DNA of 64,000 nucleotides, from NCBI GenBank assembly GCA_002269645.1, contig NIVC01000250.1, forward strand, positions 172,650-236,649, given 5' to 3'. Position 1 is the first letter of the stretch. Each line of letters opens with the position of its first letter. The position numbers and the translations under genes were made by a program. Shown one piece after another: positions 12,090-23,923 of this stretch. The notes beneath the pieces were generated by a model. That model was not told where the DNA came from, searched no databases, and saw only the letters and a list, made by a program, of their open reading frames with translations. This DNA comes from Macrostomum lignano (Eukaryota).

Positions 12090-13565
12090 TTGCGATTTTG
12101 ATTGATTTATGGCCGCACCTGTCATATTTTTGCGACCCTGGGGAACTGATAGGATCTCTCGGTCACGTGATTCTGGGTGGCAACAAGCTTAGCCAATCAG
12201 AAAATTCGACGCTCATTTTAACAAAACGGCTCAGCCAATCAGAATCGACGTGTTCCATTATAACAAACTGCGGTCCAGTTGGCGGCTATTTAAACCGGTG
12301 TTTTTGGCCCGCTCGGACCTCAACCTCCTGGGACCTTAGCCTAGCTTGAGACATCCCGGAGCGCGACCGTCGTTTCTTGATCCCCGGATTGCGACTCCCC
12401 CCATCATCATCAAGGACGAATCCCCCCGGTCATCAGCAGCGAACATCAAAGTTAAGATCATCACCTGCTAGCTATCTGCGAAGAGTGTGACATCAGCATC
12501 ATCCCGGGTCTACAGCTGCGAAGCATCAAGCCGATTCGGTCGCTGTGGATTACCTGGTCTTCGGCTGTTGAGTTTCTGATTGGTTGGGTGAGAGGCTACC
12601 TAGACTTGCTTGGTTGGGTGATCCCTTATCTGTCCCCTGTTTCAGTAGCTGGATTAGGCGCACAGTTTTGCTCATTTTGTTCAGTAGTGCTGTTACTGAG
12701 GCAGAAATCATTCAATAATACTGCTAGTAGTCTGAAACTCCAATTCAATCTGAAGTGTGAAGTGATTTAAGGAGAAGGTTAAATCTGACAGTTATTTTTA
12801 TCGGTTTTATTTCTTTGTTCGCCGATGGCTCAGAGGAGTAGCTAAGCCAGTAGGCGCCGGTCAGAGTGGACCAATGGCAAGGCAGTTCTCAGTCGATCAA
12901 TCTATCAAATCAGTGAGCAAAATTGCCAATAGTGCAAAATCGGCGCCAGAGATGTACTTTGTGCACTCTAGGTTCGCCAAGCGGCTCGGGTAATGAATCA
13001 TGCGGTCTCTGAAGTTCGAGTTAGTCTATCATCAGCGCTATGAGAGGCTGGTTGGCGCGTTGAAGGCCAAAAGTACAATTCTTCGTATTTAGCAATGTAA
13101 TAGTACATGTAGCTACCCCATAGTCTCACCACTGCAAGAATCCCCTGCACAAGTCCCCTCTGTACCTGCATGGCCAATGCGATCTAGTCCCAGCAGTGTC
13201 CCTTATCATCGGCTATGACTTCGAGATAGACAGCAAAAAGACACTAGTTGGCAGGTAAGTGCAAAGCCCCTTCTAGTCGGAAGCCCGATTTCGAGAGTCC
13301 CGGTGTGGTGAGCCAGGACGTACGGGCTGGTGGCAGCGAGTTAGCTAACCTGTGGGTTAACTAATTTCTACCTTCAAAATTCTCCCTGCTTGTCTCTCGC
13401 TGTCCCTCTTTTAGCTATAGGACCTAGACTGCTCGCCACACGATCAAGCTACCATGGGGCTGATCATCTGACAGGAGTGGGGGGCCAGGACTCTAATTGA
13501 TTTATTTCTGAGACCTGAGGCCCGAAGGCTTCCCCACAAGGGGGCCAAAAGGTCGAAACCCATCA
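12090..13565 (+). repeat. Unclassified dispersed repeat, copy B (inverted relative to copy A)
   Basis: See copy A; CCAAT at 12193 and 12235, TATTTAAA at 12287-12294, donor-like CAG|GTAAGT at 13255. Confidence 0.7.
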
Positions 13566-13689
13566 GACTACTTAAGTACAGATAAATATACATTACTTCA
13601 GTCGTCCTTGAATTTAATACTGTGGTACGTATAATTATTGTTAACTATAGCCTGTGTCGTGTCTGATTTGATATTTGTTATCAAATATC

Positions 13690-16600
13690 AAGCGCGGAAG
13701 AGACGCACATTCAGGCCGTCCTTGAGTTAAAGACATTTCTGAGCAGATGCGTCGCGCGCCAGTTCTGATTCCTCCTGTCGGAGACGATGGATCAGTCCGG
13801 ACTCGTTGCTGGCGATCCGATCGTAGTGCCTCTCAAACACCTGCTCACCAAGGGAGCGAGCATGGAAGTGGGTGATCCCACGAGGACCACTTAGCCTGAT
13901 CCGTGCTTTAAGTCAGCTGCTGCTGGATTCCGGCGCCCGATCCACTTCAACCCGGACGTGCCTCTTCGAACGGAGCACAACGCGTCAGCATACACCACCT
14001 GATCGTGATAGGGCAGGACCATGCGATTGAAGTCGCTGGCTGACCTCGGCCCAGCAAAATTACTCCCAGCTGGACAAGGAGGCGCTGCATGGCAATCGTC
14101 TTTACGGCATTCGGCGTGTCGAGAAAATAAGACTAAAAACTAAACTAAAGACTATTAAATTGGAGTTAAATTGATACTGAGAGAGAAAATGAGCAGAAGA
14201 CGATCCAACGAGCGAGACTGAGTGCCCCCGGCAAACGAATCGAGACCATGGACCGGCAGACACAACAGGACGCGCACTGAGCAGACGAATGAGCAGCGAG
14301 GGCCAGACGAGAAAATTGCGAGGGCCAGACGAGAAGACTGCGAGGGGCAGACGAGAAGACGGCGGGATCACATCACTGTCACGATTTGCACTTGACGAGT
14401 GCTGTGCAGATCAATGTTATTTTAGTTCAGGTGCCATGTCGAGAAAATAGCAAACAACTACATTTCTAGGCTGGCCTGCAGGCAGCCACTTTTTTTACAC
14501 TCAGATGATCAGCGATGATCAGCTGCCGGCATCCCGTGTTACGGCGTGTCGTGCGTTCCAGCATGTTTGCCTCGATTACTGCGGCCCCCTCATCTACCGC
14601 AGGGGGAGGATGACGGCCAACATAAAGCCTACAATCTATTGTTGACCTGTACTAGCACACGAGCAGTACATCTCGAACTCGTCACTGACTTGACAACGCA
14701 GTCATTCCTTCTGAGCCTGAGACGCTTCTGTGCCCGCCGAGGTGTACCATCGATTATCTCTGACAACTTCAAAACCTTCCATGCGGCGGGCAGGCTACTG
14801 GATGCAGAAGAAGCTCCATTACGGACTCAAGCAGGTCAAGATTTTCTGAGCAGCCGCCGAGTCACCTGGACATTCATTCCCGAGCGAGCTCCATGAATGG
14901 GAGGCTTCTATGAGACTGGTCGGCGTAGTGAAATCAGTGCTCAAGAAGACAATCGGAAGGGCTTTCCTGACCGTCGAGGAGCTGTCGACAGTAATCTGTG
15001 AGGCGGAAGCGGTTGTAAACTCAAAACCGCTTGGCTTTGTGTCTTCCGGCGAGCAATCAGAAGTCATCACACCTGGTCATTTCCTCGTTCTGCGCCGCCT
15101 GACAAAAGAACCAGAGGACGAAGCGGAAGTTTCAATGGTCCTTGCCGCTTCCCGAAAGGCTCCGAAAGTCCAGACAATCGCTGAACAAGTTCTGGAAGGA
15201 GTGGCAAGCACAGTACATTCTGGCCCTCCGTGAGCGATCATCTAAAGACGGTCGAACATCGAATCGGGAAATACGAGCTGGTGACGTAGTGTTAGTGATG
15301 GATGCCGGATTGCCAAGACTTCAATGGAAGCTTGCAGTTGTCGAAGCTGTGCACCAGGGTCGCGATGGAGTCGCCCGCTCATGCCTACTGCGGGTGGCCA
15401 GTTCTCAAAGTGGTCGAGCTGCTACGCATCTTCGACGGCCAGTGAAGTTGCTGGTACCTCTGGAAGTCTGTGTCGTTAGTGGTCGGTCAGTTAGTTGGTT
15501 GGTGGCGTTCGGCCGGTTGTCGTTCGATGTCTGTGGCTGTGTGACGGTCGGTGGTCGTTCAGTCGGTTGGTTGGTGGTTCACGGTCGTTGTTGTTCGGTG
15601 GTCGGTTTTGGTTGCGGCACGTTTGTTATTTTTTGTAGTTGGTGGTGTTTGTTCTTACAGTCGCTTTAAGTTTTGTTTTTTTCTTCGTGCCGGTTAGTTC
15701 TTGTTTATGTGGTTTGTGTTTTCTGTGTTTTTTCTCTTTTGTCGGTGATTGGTTTGCGTTTTTTCTGGTAATTTTGCAGTTTATTCACAGTTGGTTTATT
15801 CTCGTGCTTTTTCGGTTTTTGCTTTTTTTCCGCAGTCCGATGTTTTAGCGGTGGCAATATTTGTTTTTTCTACCTTGTGTTACTTTTCCTTTTGTGAAAT
15901 GACCTTGACCTCAATCGATCAGGTCATTGGGGGAGTGTGGCGGAAAGGTTCATATTTATTCAGCCCAAATGGTTTTTTACAATAAGAGAAAGCCGACTCA
16001 CCTTTCACCCCACTTCGCCCTGTCGTGCAATGTACATCTGCTCGTACACTGGGCGCCCCCACCCCCAGGCGTCAATTTCTCTTAATGTAAAAAACCATTT
16101 GGGCTGAATAAATATGAACTTTTCCGCCACACGGCGGTTTCATGATTCCTATACGGTCGCTATTTCACCATCGTGTGACATATTGTTCGCCGCTCCTGGG
16201 ACTGCTGGGCCCGGACAAGGAAATGCCGACGCGCGCTGCTGCCAGGATGCAGAGGTGAGCCATCCAATCAGGCTACCAGTAATCTATTATGAAGTTCAGG
16301 CTGACCGAGAAGTAGAATGGAGACTGCGATCCTCTCTAACCGTCTGCCTCTCAAGGGCAACTTTGTCGAGAAGCTGCGGTGCACTCGATCACACTGGAGG
16401 ACGATTCGATTAACGTCTCAGTGACTGCTGCTGCCATTGCCAATGCAACTCAAGCTGACACGACACTGTTGAAGCTGTTGTGGGGCTTGCAGTTGGGACA
16501 GGAGCTGCCATGCAGCTAACGAATTCCCGGACTTCGCCCAACGTCAAACAGAGCTTTCAGTCGAAAGTGGTTGTGTGCTGAGGAAAACTCAGGGAGTCTC

Positions 16601-16760
16601 GGTGCGAGCCGAATGAAGATCCTTGAGCGGAGCTTCGTCTGGTGGCCCGGACTCGACAAGGAACTGGACAGCGACACCGTTGGCACCTGGCCCGCGCTCA
16701 GGCCGGAGGTGGGCAACCAATTATTTCCACGGAATCCACGCTACCCTCGGGCGTGAAAAT
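13690..16760 (+). mobile_element. Degenerate Ty3/Gypsy pol remnant (RNase H and integrase zinc finger), interrupted at 14117-16131
   Basis: LTSAQQNYSQLDKEAL..IV at ~14040-14100 continues as RFHD..YGR..LLGPDKEMPTRAAARMQR after 16132, then GASRMKILERSFVWWPGLDKEL at ~16600-16660; many stops and frameshifts. Confidence 0.8.
14117..16131 (+). mobile_element. Composite TG...CA insertion containing a BEL/Pao integrase and DUF5641-like remnant
   Basis: 5-bp TSD CGGCG at 14112-14116 and 16132-16136. Motifs FQHVCLDYCGP, CTSTRAVHLELV, RRFCARRG, SDNFKTF, GGFYERLV, TPGHFL, WKEWQAQY, GRDGVAR at ~14550-15470. PPT GGGGGAG at 15929-15935 precedes a 196-bp terminal unit. Confidence 0.85.
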
Positions 16761-19460
16761 TAATAACCAAACTGGAAATTATAGCCAATGCAACAGCTCA
16801 CAATCTTCGCGGTCCGATCAAAAGTAGGCAGCAACGCCGGGCGGCCGTCAGTTATGCTGCTCATGAAGTTCTGGGAATGCCATTTCGTCGACAATGGCGT
16901 ACGCTGGTGCCGCAACAACTGCAGCAAAAGTTCCTCACTCGGCTACAACTGGCTCCATCGGCTGCAGTTTTGTGGACCTTTACCAACGAATGCTTTCATT
17001 CGCGAGTCGAACCCACAGAGTCCAGCAAGACGCCCAGCAGCTACAGCTAAATGTACCGCTGCTTATAGTCGACAAAGAACTAAGACATGGCCTTTGGCTG
17101 GACTCGCCGACTAGCTATATTATGTCCCCGGTGCACGCAGTGTCTCACCTGCAGCGACCTAATATGAGAGCTTCACGGCGGTTTGAGGACCAACTTGGCG
17201 ATCGACACAGCAAAAGTGCAGCTTAACAGCGTCGACGGTACACAACAAAACGTTTTACCAGATCAAAATGTTTCCAAGGTGACTGCATATCAAATGTTTA
17301 TTTTTCTTGTAGGTTTTCATTTCTATATGCATACAGGGGTACACCTGGGAGCTATTTTTTATGCCATGTAGCTTTGTCCCCCCAAGGTCTGAGCGAGTAT
17401 TAAGACTACTAAACATTAAAGAAGATTTTGGAGTTATCAGCCGTGATGTACACGTTCTGTCGAGTCCAGGTCGGCTGCTTGTTGACCAGGTCGATGTACT
17501 CGTACACGATAAGAACGTGGCACACGAGCCCACTGACAAAATGGTGGGCTTTTACAACCCAGCCCGATATAACCGACCGAGTGAATAAACACAATGCCAG
17601 CGGCGGTCAGTGTTGTGTTACTAATGACTTGCCGGCCGAGGAGACTCAAAGAGCCGATCTAGAAGAGTTGCTCCCAATCAAACACAACATGACAAGTACT
17701 GGAGCGAGACTCAGGACCTATCAAGCCCCAGAACCTGACTGCCTCGAAAGCCTTATTTGAAGTTCTTAAATATCTTTTAAAGGAAATTTTCTCAGCACCA
17801 CTTATGTTGCGTGTCTGTTTCTGCAAAATAATCCGAAAGGGCTGCTAGGAATCTATTCGATGGTCTAGAATTATTATAGGTTGGAAGTCTAGCCCAAGAG
17901 ATCATTTATTGACCTGGAAATCAAGTCGAAGGCTTAATTAACCAACCCAGAATTTTATGGAATTTAGCTTAATATTTGACTTTTGAATTACCAACTCGGA
18001 AATGAATCAATATAGACAATAAGCTTTTAGAAGCGTTTGAAACAGTACATGCAATTCATATATAAATGTGTATTTTTAATTAAATTGGTAATTTATTAAC
18101 AGCTCAACAACCGACGAATAACTGCACACACACAAAAAACACTCGCGCATTCAATCTGCATCGAGATGCCCCAGCTAGTTCAGACAGGAAACAAAAGCTA
18201 TATAAATCCTAGGTATATATCAGAAATTAGTTCAGTAAAATTTCAGCGTTAAGTACATGTACATGCCTCGCCTGGACTGGCAAAGCCACGCAAAAATGGA
18301 TACAGCGCGCCGCATGAGACAATAGATGCTCTCTTTTTCAATAATACATACCGTACTGCATTTGCATAAATAGCTGGATAAATTTAGAAATAGATTTACT
18401 ACTGCAAGTAACACGGTCAAAGTTATCAAATGGTCAAATAAGGTCGTGCGAAATCTACAAACAGAGTGACAAACGGTCATAACAATGCAAACACTTTGAC
18501 AGTTAAGTGGAGCCGAAAAATAACGGAACCTCTCCATTGCGTTTAATGTTTCCTTAACAGAATATAGTTACGCAATTAAATAGGTTCCATAAATTTGTTG
18601 AAAGCTTCAAGTCAAGTCAAAACTAGTGACTTTCTAAACCTTTAATTAATGTGTATAACTTTTAAGCATTTAGGACTATTGAAGATTATCTGCTTGCGTT
18701 GGAATAGTAAACAGAATCGAAGCATCAAAGGAGTTTAAATTGTTTTTATTTGAAACTGTACTAGAAATAAATAAGTACAGGATTTATTAATAATTTTAAA
18801 AAAATTGGCTTTCTGAAAATAGTTTTTGTGCGATCAGTATTTCTTGTATTAGATTATGCTTGACCTGGAAATAATTACTGTTAGAATCAATAAAAATATA
18901 TTTTGGCATGAGAAGCACGCTTAGTTAGGCATTTTTATTCAACCCTTCACTATTGCGAGCGCGCTTGAATGTATTGAGAATTGTAAGCTAATGTATTGAA
19001 ATTAAAATAGGACAAGCTATTTATATCAATTTTAGTAAACATGTAGCAATTTAAATATTTGATTTGTTTGCTTTGGACATGCTAGCTGAATATTTGGTTT
19101 GATTTTTTACTAAACTGTACTACTATTTAGATTAGTAGTATATTTAAATTTAATATGACTACAGAATGGCAAAATCCTCTCAGGTAAATTAATAACACCG
19201 ACATGGACTCGACAATAATAATCTCCCAGAATACGAGGAATTTAAATAGATTTAATTTGCTGTTTCGGCACTTACTACTTATTGGCATTGTCTCTACTGT
19301 TGACAGACAATAAGGAAAACTGTCACCAAAATTTTGTCTATGGCTATAACTAGCCCATACTTAATCTTCACTTGAGCGCGGCCATAGACTACAGAAACAG
19401 GATTATTAGCTGAAGACTTGTTTATACAAGTAGTAGGCCTCATCATTTTACGTACGCATG

Positions 19461-19683
19461 CAGGGGTTGGCAAACTTTCTTTTTACCTAAACGGTCAGAG
19501 AGTCCAGCTCATGGCTGCGGGCCAGATGAGTGTGGAAAGAGAGGGAATAGAAGATCAGAGATGAGAGAAAGGGGAGATAAAAGAGGGGAGAGGAGATTGA
19601 TAGATTGAATTCCCTGTGATTGGAGGGGGCGGGTACATTTTAAAAACAAGCGTCGCGTCAGATTTTTTGTTTTACTGGCCCTG
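19461..19683. mobile_element. Possible hAT/Charlie-like remnant
   Basis: Begins CAGGGGTTGGCAAACT, a typical Charlie-type end; right end is only weakly matched. Confidence 0.35.
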
Positions 19684-19960
19684 TTCGATGTTAGGACTTA
19701 ATCAAATCCAACAATTATAACAACAAGTGTCTGACACAATGCATTATATATATAGTTATTTGAAAATGAAGCATAACGCTCATTATTACAATGGAAAGCA
19801 AACAAAGAACAGCTAATAACGAAACTGACTCACAATCAGCTGTCACTATCAAATCAGCATCCACCAATATTTTAATGATGGAAAATGAAAATGAAGAAGC
19901 TTGAGCTTGGCTTAAACCTTAAGGATAAATAAATAAATAGATAGAACGAACAAGACTCGG

Positions 19961-22900
19961 TTAACAGCACCTGCCAGCCCGATGGCCACCGCCGCCCTCG
20001 TGCGGCCTGACGGTGCCGCCACCGGCGCCGCCACCGTCGCCAGCCATGGCGGCGGGCGTCTTGCGCAGGATTAGCTCCGTCTGGGCGCGGAAAGCCGCCT
20101 CAACGCCGTCGCCGGTTTTAGCCGACGTCTCGAAGAACGGGATGCCCATCTCGCGGGCCAGACGGTCGCCCTCCTCTTGGCTGACCTGAAGGCGGGGTCG
20201 AGTTTAGCCTAGTTAGGCTTGTCGCTTCATTAATACATTTCTACCCGACAAGTGTTGACAGTGCAATCTCTCTCTCTCTCTCTCTCTCTGGGTCTGCTTC
20301 CCAAAGGGTTCCATCCCTGTGGGTCATCCCGCTGCAAATGCTGCACCCACTCACCGCCTGCTCTCTCCGCCCAGGGGCTGAAACCGGCTTCTGGTTTTTT
20401 AATCTCTCAGAGCCTGTCCTGTGGCTCCAAGAGCATCATCTATGGCATCTCCTGTAACCAGTGCCACCCGGGGAAAATCCTCTATGTAGGTATGACTAGA
20501 AGAACAATGAGAGATAGAATGAACCAGCACAGGTCAAATATTAACAGGAGAGTCGTTACTTCGGGATCTGAGCACTTTCTCACCCCGATCACTCGATTGC
20601 AAACTTTGTCTCCATTGCTATCGAACAAGTTCTTAATAAGAACAAAATCGAACTAAGGGAAGAAATCTGGGTTAAAAAACTGGGGACTGACAAACCGCCA
20701 GGTACGAACATCAGGGTCGACAATCATCTTCTCCGACCCATCCTTCTGGTCCTTCCTTTTCACCCATCTACGGTCTGGCTTGCCAACGAGATTGCTAAAA
20801 ACTTTGAGAAGCTACAAAATAAACCAGGCTCCCGCATACTGCCCGCATTTACATGGCAACGAAATTTACAGAGCCTCCTGGCTCCCAATAAGTTCAAGTC
20901 TCAGCCAGGAAACCATTGAATCATTTTAACCAATGCGCTCACTTTACCTATAGAACTACAATTTATTTACATTGTCGTTTATTTTATTCAAACTTCTTGA
21001 TTGTACGCACAAATATTCGATTTTTAATGCACTAAATATACTGTCGCCCAAACTGACTGGTTGAAATGCCTCTGGAACAAGTTAGAGTTAGACTGAAAAG
21101 GGTTTAAAATGTACATCTACTCATTAATTCTATCAGACAGAGCACAGAGGCTTGAAACTGGTAGTCTAATATTAAAAAGAATTTTTAACACGCCGTGACC
21201 TCTCTTCTCTCTTTATTTTTGGCCCGACGAAGAGCCCAGAGGCTCGAAACCGGTAGCCCATATTCAATTTTTTTTACACACCGTGACCTCTCTTCTCTCT
21301 CTCTCTCGCCCTGACGAAGAAATATAATAATTTCGAAATATCGGCAATTCAACTTAACTGACTTTCTTCAGTCCTTTCTACCGTGTCGTATTCTAGGCGT
21401 GAAGTATTTCCATGCTGCTCATGGTCTCCCCAAAGACTACTCAAAGTAGAAGGATGGGAAACAACTTTTCTAGGAAAATTTAAGGAGACAGGCTTTACCT
21501 AAAAATACATTACGGAGATAAAGAAACTTTTTATTCAGCCCGAATATTTATTGCTTTTGATAGAAGTAAGACATAATGTTCATCTTTTGATATGCCTTGC
21601 TTTTTCTGATAGCTCTATTAGAAAATCATTTTGTTACAGTCATTAAGCTACGATTACGAATGATAAATTAGACTCTTAGAGCTATAAGAAAGGCATGACA
21701 TATCAAAAGATTAACATTGTGTCTGCTTCATATCAAAAGCAATAACTATTTCTGTGCTGAAATAATGAAAACTTTCTATCTGCGTAATGTATTTTTTCTG
21801 TAAAACCTACTCCCGAACATTTTCCTAAGAAACGTAGTCCTATTTGAGTAGTCTTAGGCTTATTCATTAAGACAGGTCCTTCAGAAAGGTTCCTCGTTGT
21901 ATAGCCAAAGAACTCCAACTGTCATCTCCGAATGTTTGCCATCAGCTTCCTTCTACAACCAGCAATTAGCAGAACATCCTCATTCGCTGTGACTGGTCCA
22001 TCGCACTCTCAGGATGCGCCTAAAAAACGCTGTGGTGCTGGTGATGGTGATCTTGTCCAGCACTCTAACCCATATGTGAGAACAGAGAGAACAAAACAAT
22101 CAGCAATATTATTAGTAATAATTGATTACACCTGCCCAAATTGGGCCAGATGTGCAACCGACAGCTCAGCCGCATCTATTGCTGCGTACGGCTGTTCAGT
22201 CCAAGGACTGGGGGGTCGCCACACACACCCCCAATTACCACCCTTTTTACAGCTGGGTGAACTGAAGCAATGCAGAGTAAAGTGTCTTGCTCAAGGACTC
22301 AAATTGTTCCAGTGGGACCGGGCATTGAACCCCTAAACTTTCGCCCGTTAAACTACCAAGGGTGAGAATACCCCCTGAACACCACCCCGATCCCGGTATC
22401 CGTATAGTTCAACTATTAGTAGTGCACGCTGCTGATGCTTGTGTCTATGGCCCAACTTTGCACGGAATGACATTTGTCTGTAAGGAAAATACAAAATATT
22501 TGATCCTAAGTTGGCGGGAGAACTTTTTGATAATTGAATCGATTGTGGGCAAATGGTACACAGACCATATATTGATTGTCAGGATATATAAACACCTACC
22601 TGCCGCTTATCACCCATATCCTTCTTGTTTCCAATAATCACTCGTTCAACATCTTCGCTGGCGTGCTCGTCAATATTGCGCAGCCATCTGGACACGCTTT
22701 CGAATGTTTTGCGCGAGGTGATGTCGTAAACTAGCATTATGCCCATTGCGCCTCGGTAATAGGAGGTCGTGATGGTGTGGAACCGTTCCTGCCCGGCCGT
22801 GTCCCAGATCTGCCGGAGTTCGTTACCATGGCGACATTAGTTTTATCCGTTAGATACATTATACTCTAACACGACTACCAATTATGGCCCTGAATCTAAG

Positions 22901-23714
22901 AGGATAACGGCAGCCCAGCAACTGAGGATCTGGGAGGCTGGCCCAGCAACTGAGGATCTTGGAGGCTGGCCCAGCAACTGAGGATCTGAGAGGCTGGCCC
23001 AGCAACTGAGGATCTGGGAGGCTGGCCCAGCAACTGAGGATCTGGGAGGCTGGCCCAGCAACTGAGGATCTGGGAGGCTGGCCCAGCAACTGAGGATCTG
23101 GGAGGCTGGCCCAGCAACTGAGGATCTTGGAGGCTGGCCCAGCAACTGAGGATTTGGGAGGCTGGCCCCAGCAACTGAGGATCTGGGAGGCTGGCCCAGC
23201 AACTGACACTCTGGGAGGCTGGCCCAGCAACTGAGGATCTGGGAGGCTGGCCCAGCAACTGAGGATCTGGGAGGCTGGCCCAGCAACTGACACTCTGGGA
23301 GGCTGGCCCAGCAACTGAGGATCTGGGAGGCTGGCCCAGCAACTGAGGATCTGGGAGGCTGGCCCAGCAACTGAGGATCTGGGAGGCTGGCCCAGCAACT
23401 GAGGATCTGGGAGGCTGGCCCAGCAACTGAGGATCTGGGAGCAGGAAAGCTTATTTATTTTATCAAAATGAAAGTTTCTTTGATTGTGGTCTCTTCCAGG
23501 TCTAGAAGCATCACTAATTTACAATAGTTACCTGTAGCTTAATCTTCTTGCCTTCAACTTCAATGGTTTTAATTTTAAAGTCGATGCCAATAGTAGATAT
23601 AAATGAAGTCTGGAAGGTGTTGTCAACAAATCGAAACAGGATGCAAGTCTTGCCAACACCGGAGTCCCCAATGAGCAGAAGTTTGAACAGAAGGTCGTAT
23701 GATTTTTTAGCCAT
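19961..23714 (-). CDS. RAB10: Rab10-like small GTPase (205 aa, 3 coding exons)
   Basis: Exons 23714-23532, 22809-22600 and 20185-19961, all phase 0. [70 protein letters not shown]-terminal CC prenylation motif. Confidence 0.93.
21221..21258 (+). ncRNA. Minimal type I hammerhead ribozyme motif 1 (core variant CCGACGA)
   Basis: GGC-CCGACGA-A-GAGCC(caga)GGCTC-GAAA-CCG-GTA-GCC: stem I GGC/GCC, stem II, palindromic stem III; U4 is replaced by C. Confidence 0.7.
21308..21345 (+). ncRNA. Minimal type I hammerhead ribozyme motif 2
   Basis: GCC-CTGACGA-A-GAAAT(ataata)ATTTC-GAAA-T-ATC-GGC: intact core, loopless stem III, AUC cleavage triplet. Confidence 0.8.
21485..21812. mobile_element. Old foldback/MITE with ~130-bp imperfect inverted arms
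   Basis: ~21485-21620 matches the reverse complement of ~21677-21812 (e.g. ttgcttttgata / tatcaaaagcaa, tttgatatg / catatcaaaa). Confidence 0.6.
21830..22110 (-). mobile_element. RTE-clade LINE reverse-transcriptase C-terminal remnant
   Basis: Minus-strand translation [13 protein letters not shown]...RRILRVRW...NEDVL...IRR*QLEFFGY, with frameshifts and a stop. Confidence 0.7.
22130..22350 (-). mobile_element. tRNA-derived SINE
   Basis: Minus strand reads gggttcaatgcccgg (B-box-like) followed by gtccttgagcaagacacttta, a common SINE2 body motif; AT-rich tail near 22130. Confidence 0.6.
22912..23441. repeat. 28-bp minisatellite, ~19 copies, Rab10 intron 1
   Basis: Unit ggcccagcaactgaggatctgggaggct. 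Confidence 0.95.
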
Positions 23715-23923
23715 AGCTGGAAATGAAATATTGGGAGTATATTAATAAATGATTTGTTAAATCAAAATAATATTACCGTGCTTAACAAGGCAATATTGAA
23801 ACTTAGTATTCTTCTACTCTACCAGATAGGATGTTTCACACCTTGCTTTTTGTCAGAAACTGGATGCAAAATTCAAAATCTTGATGTCAATTTTATCAAC
23901 CACAATCAATATGAAACAAAATG

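Larger units (their letters stand above)
20290..21390 (+). mobile_element. Penelope-like retroelement 3' remnant (GIY-YIG endonuclease and pLTR), antisense in Rab10 intron 2
   Basis: CGSSRCKCC...[10 protein letters not shown]...YVGMTRR...RMNQHR...HF..DH...IEQ...[15 protein letters not shown], with one frameshift near 20585; tandem pLTR segment with hammerhead motifs. Confidence 0.88.

Noticed and set aside
21830-22350. SINE with an RTE-derived tail (SINE/LINE partnership)
   Set aside because: An AT-rich tail-like stretch separates them and the RTE part is coding sequence; independent adjacent or nested insertion is simpler.
22600-22640. Rab10 G4 motif NKKD instead of NKCD
   Set aside because: Still fits the NKxD consensus; no reason to infer altered function.
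22859-23426. Three overlapping [12 protein letters not shown] ORFs
   Set aside because: Artefacts of the 28-bp intronic minisatellite.
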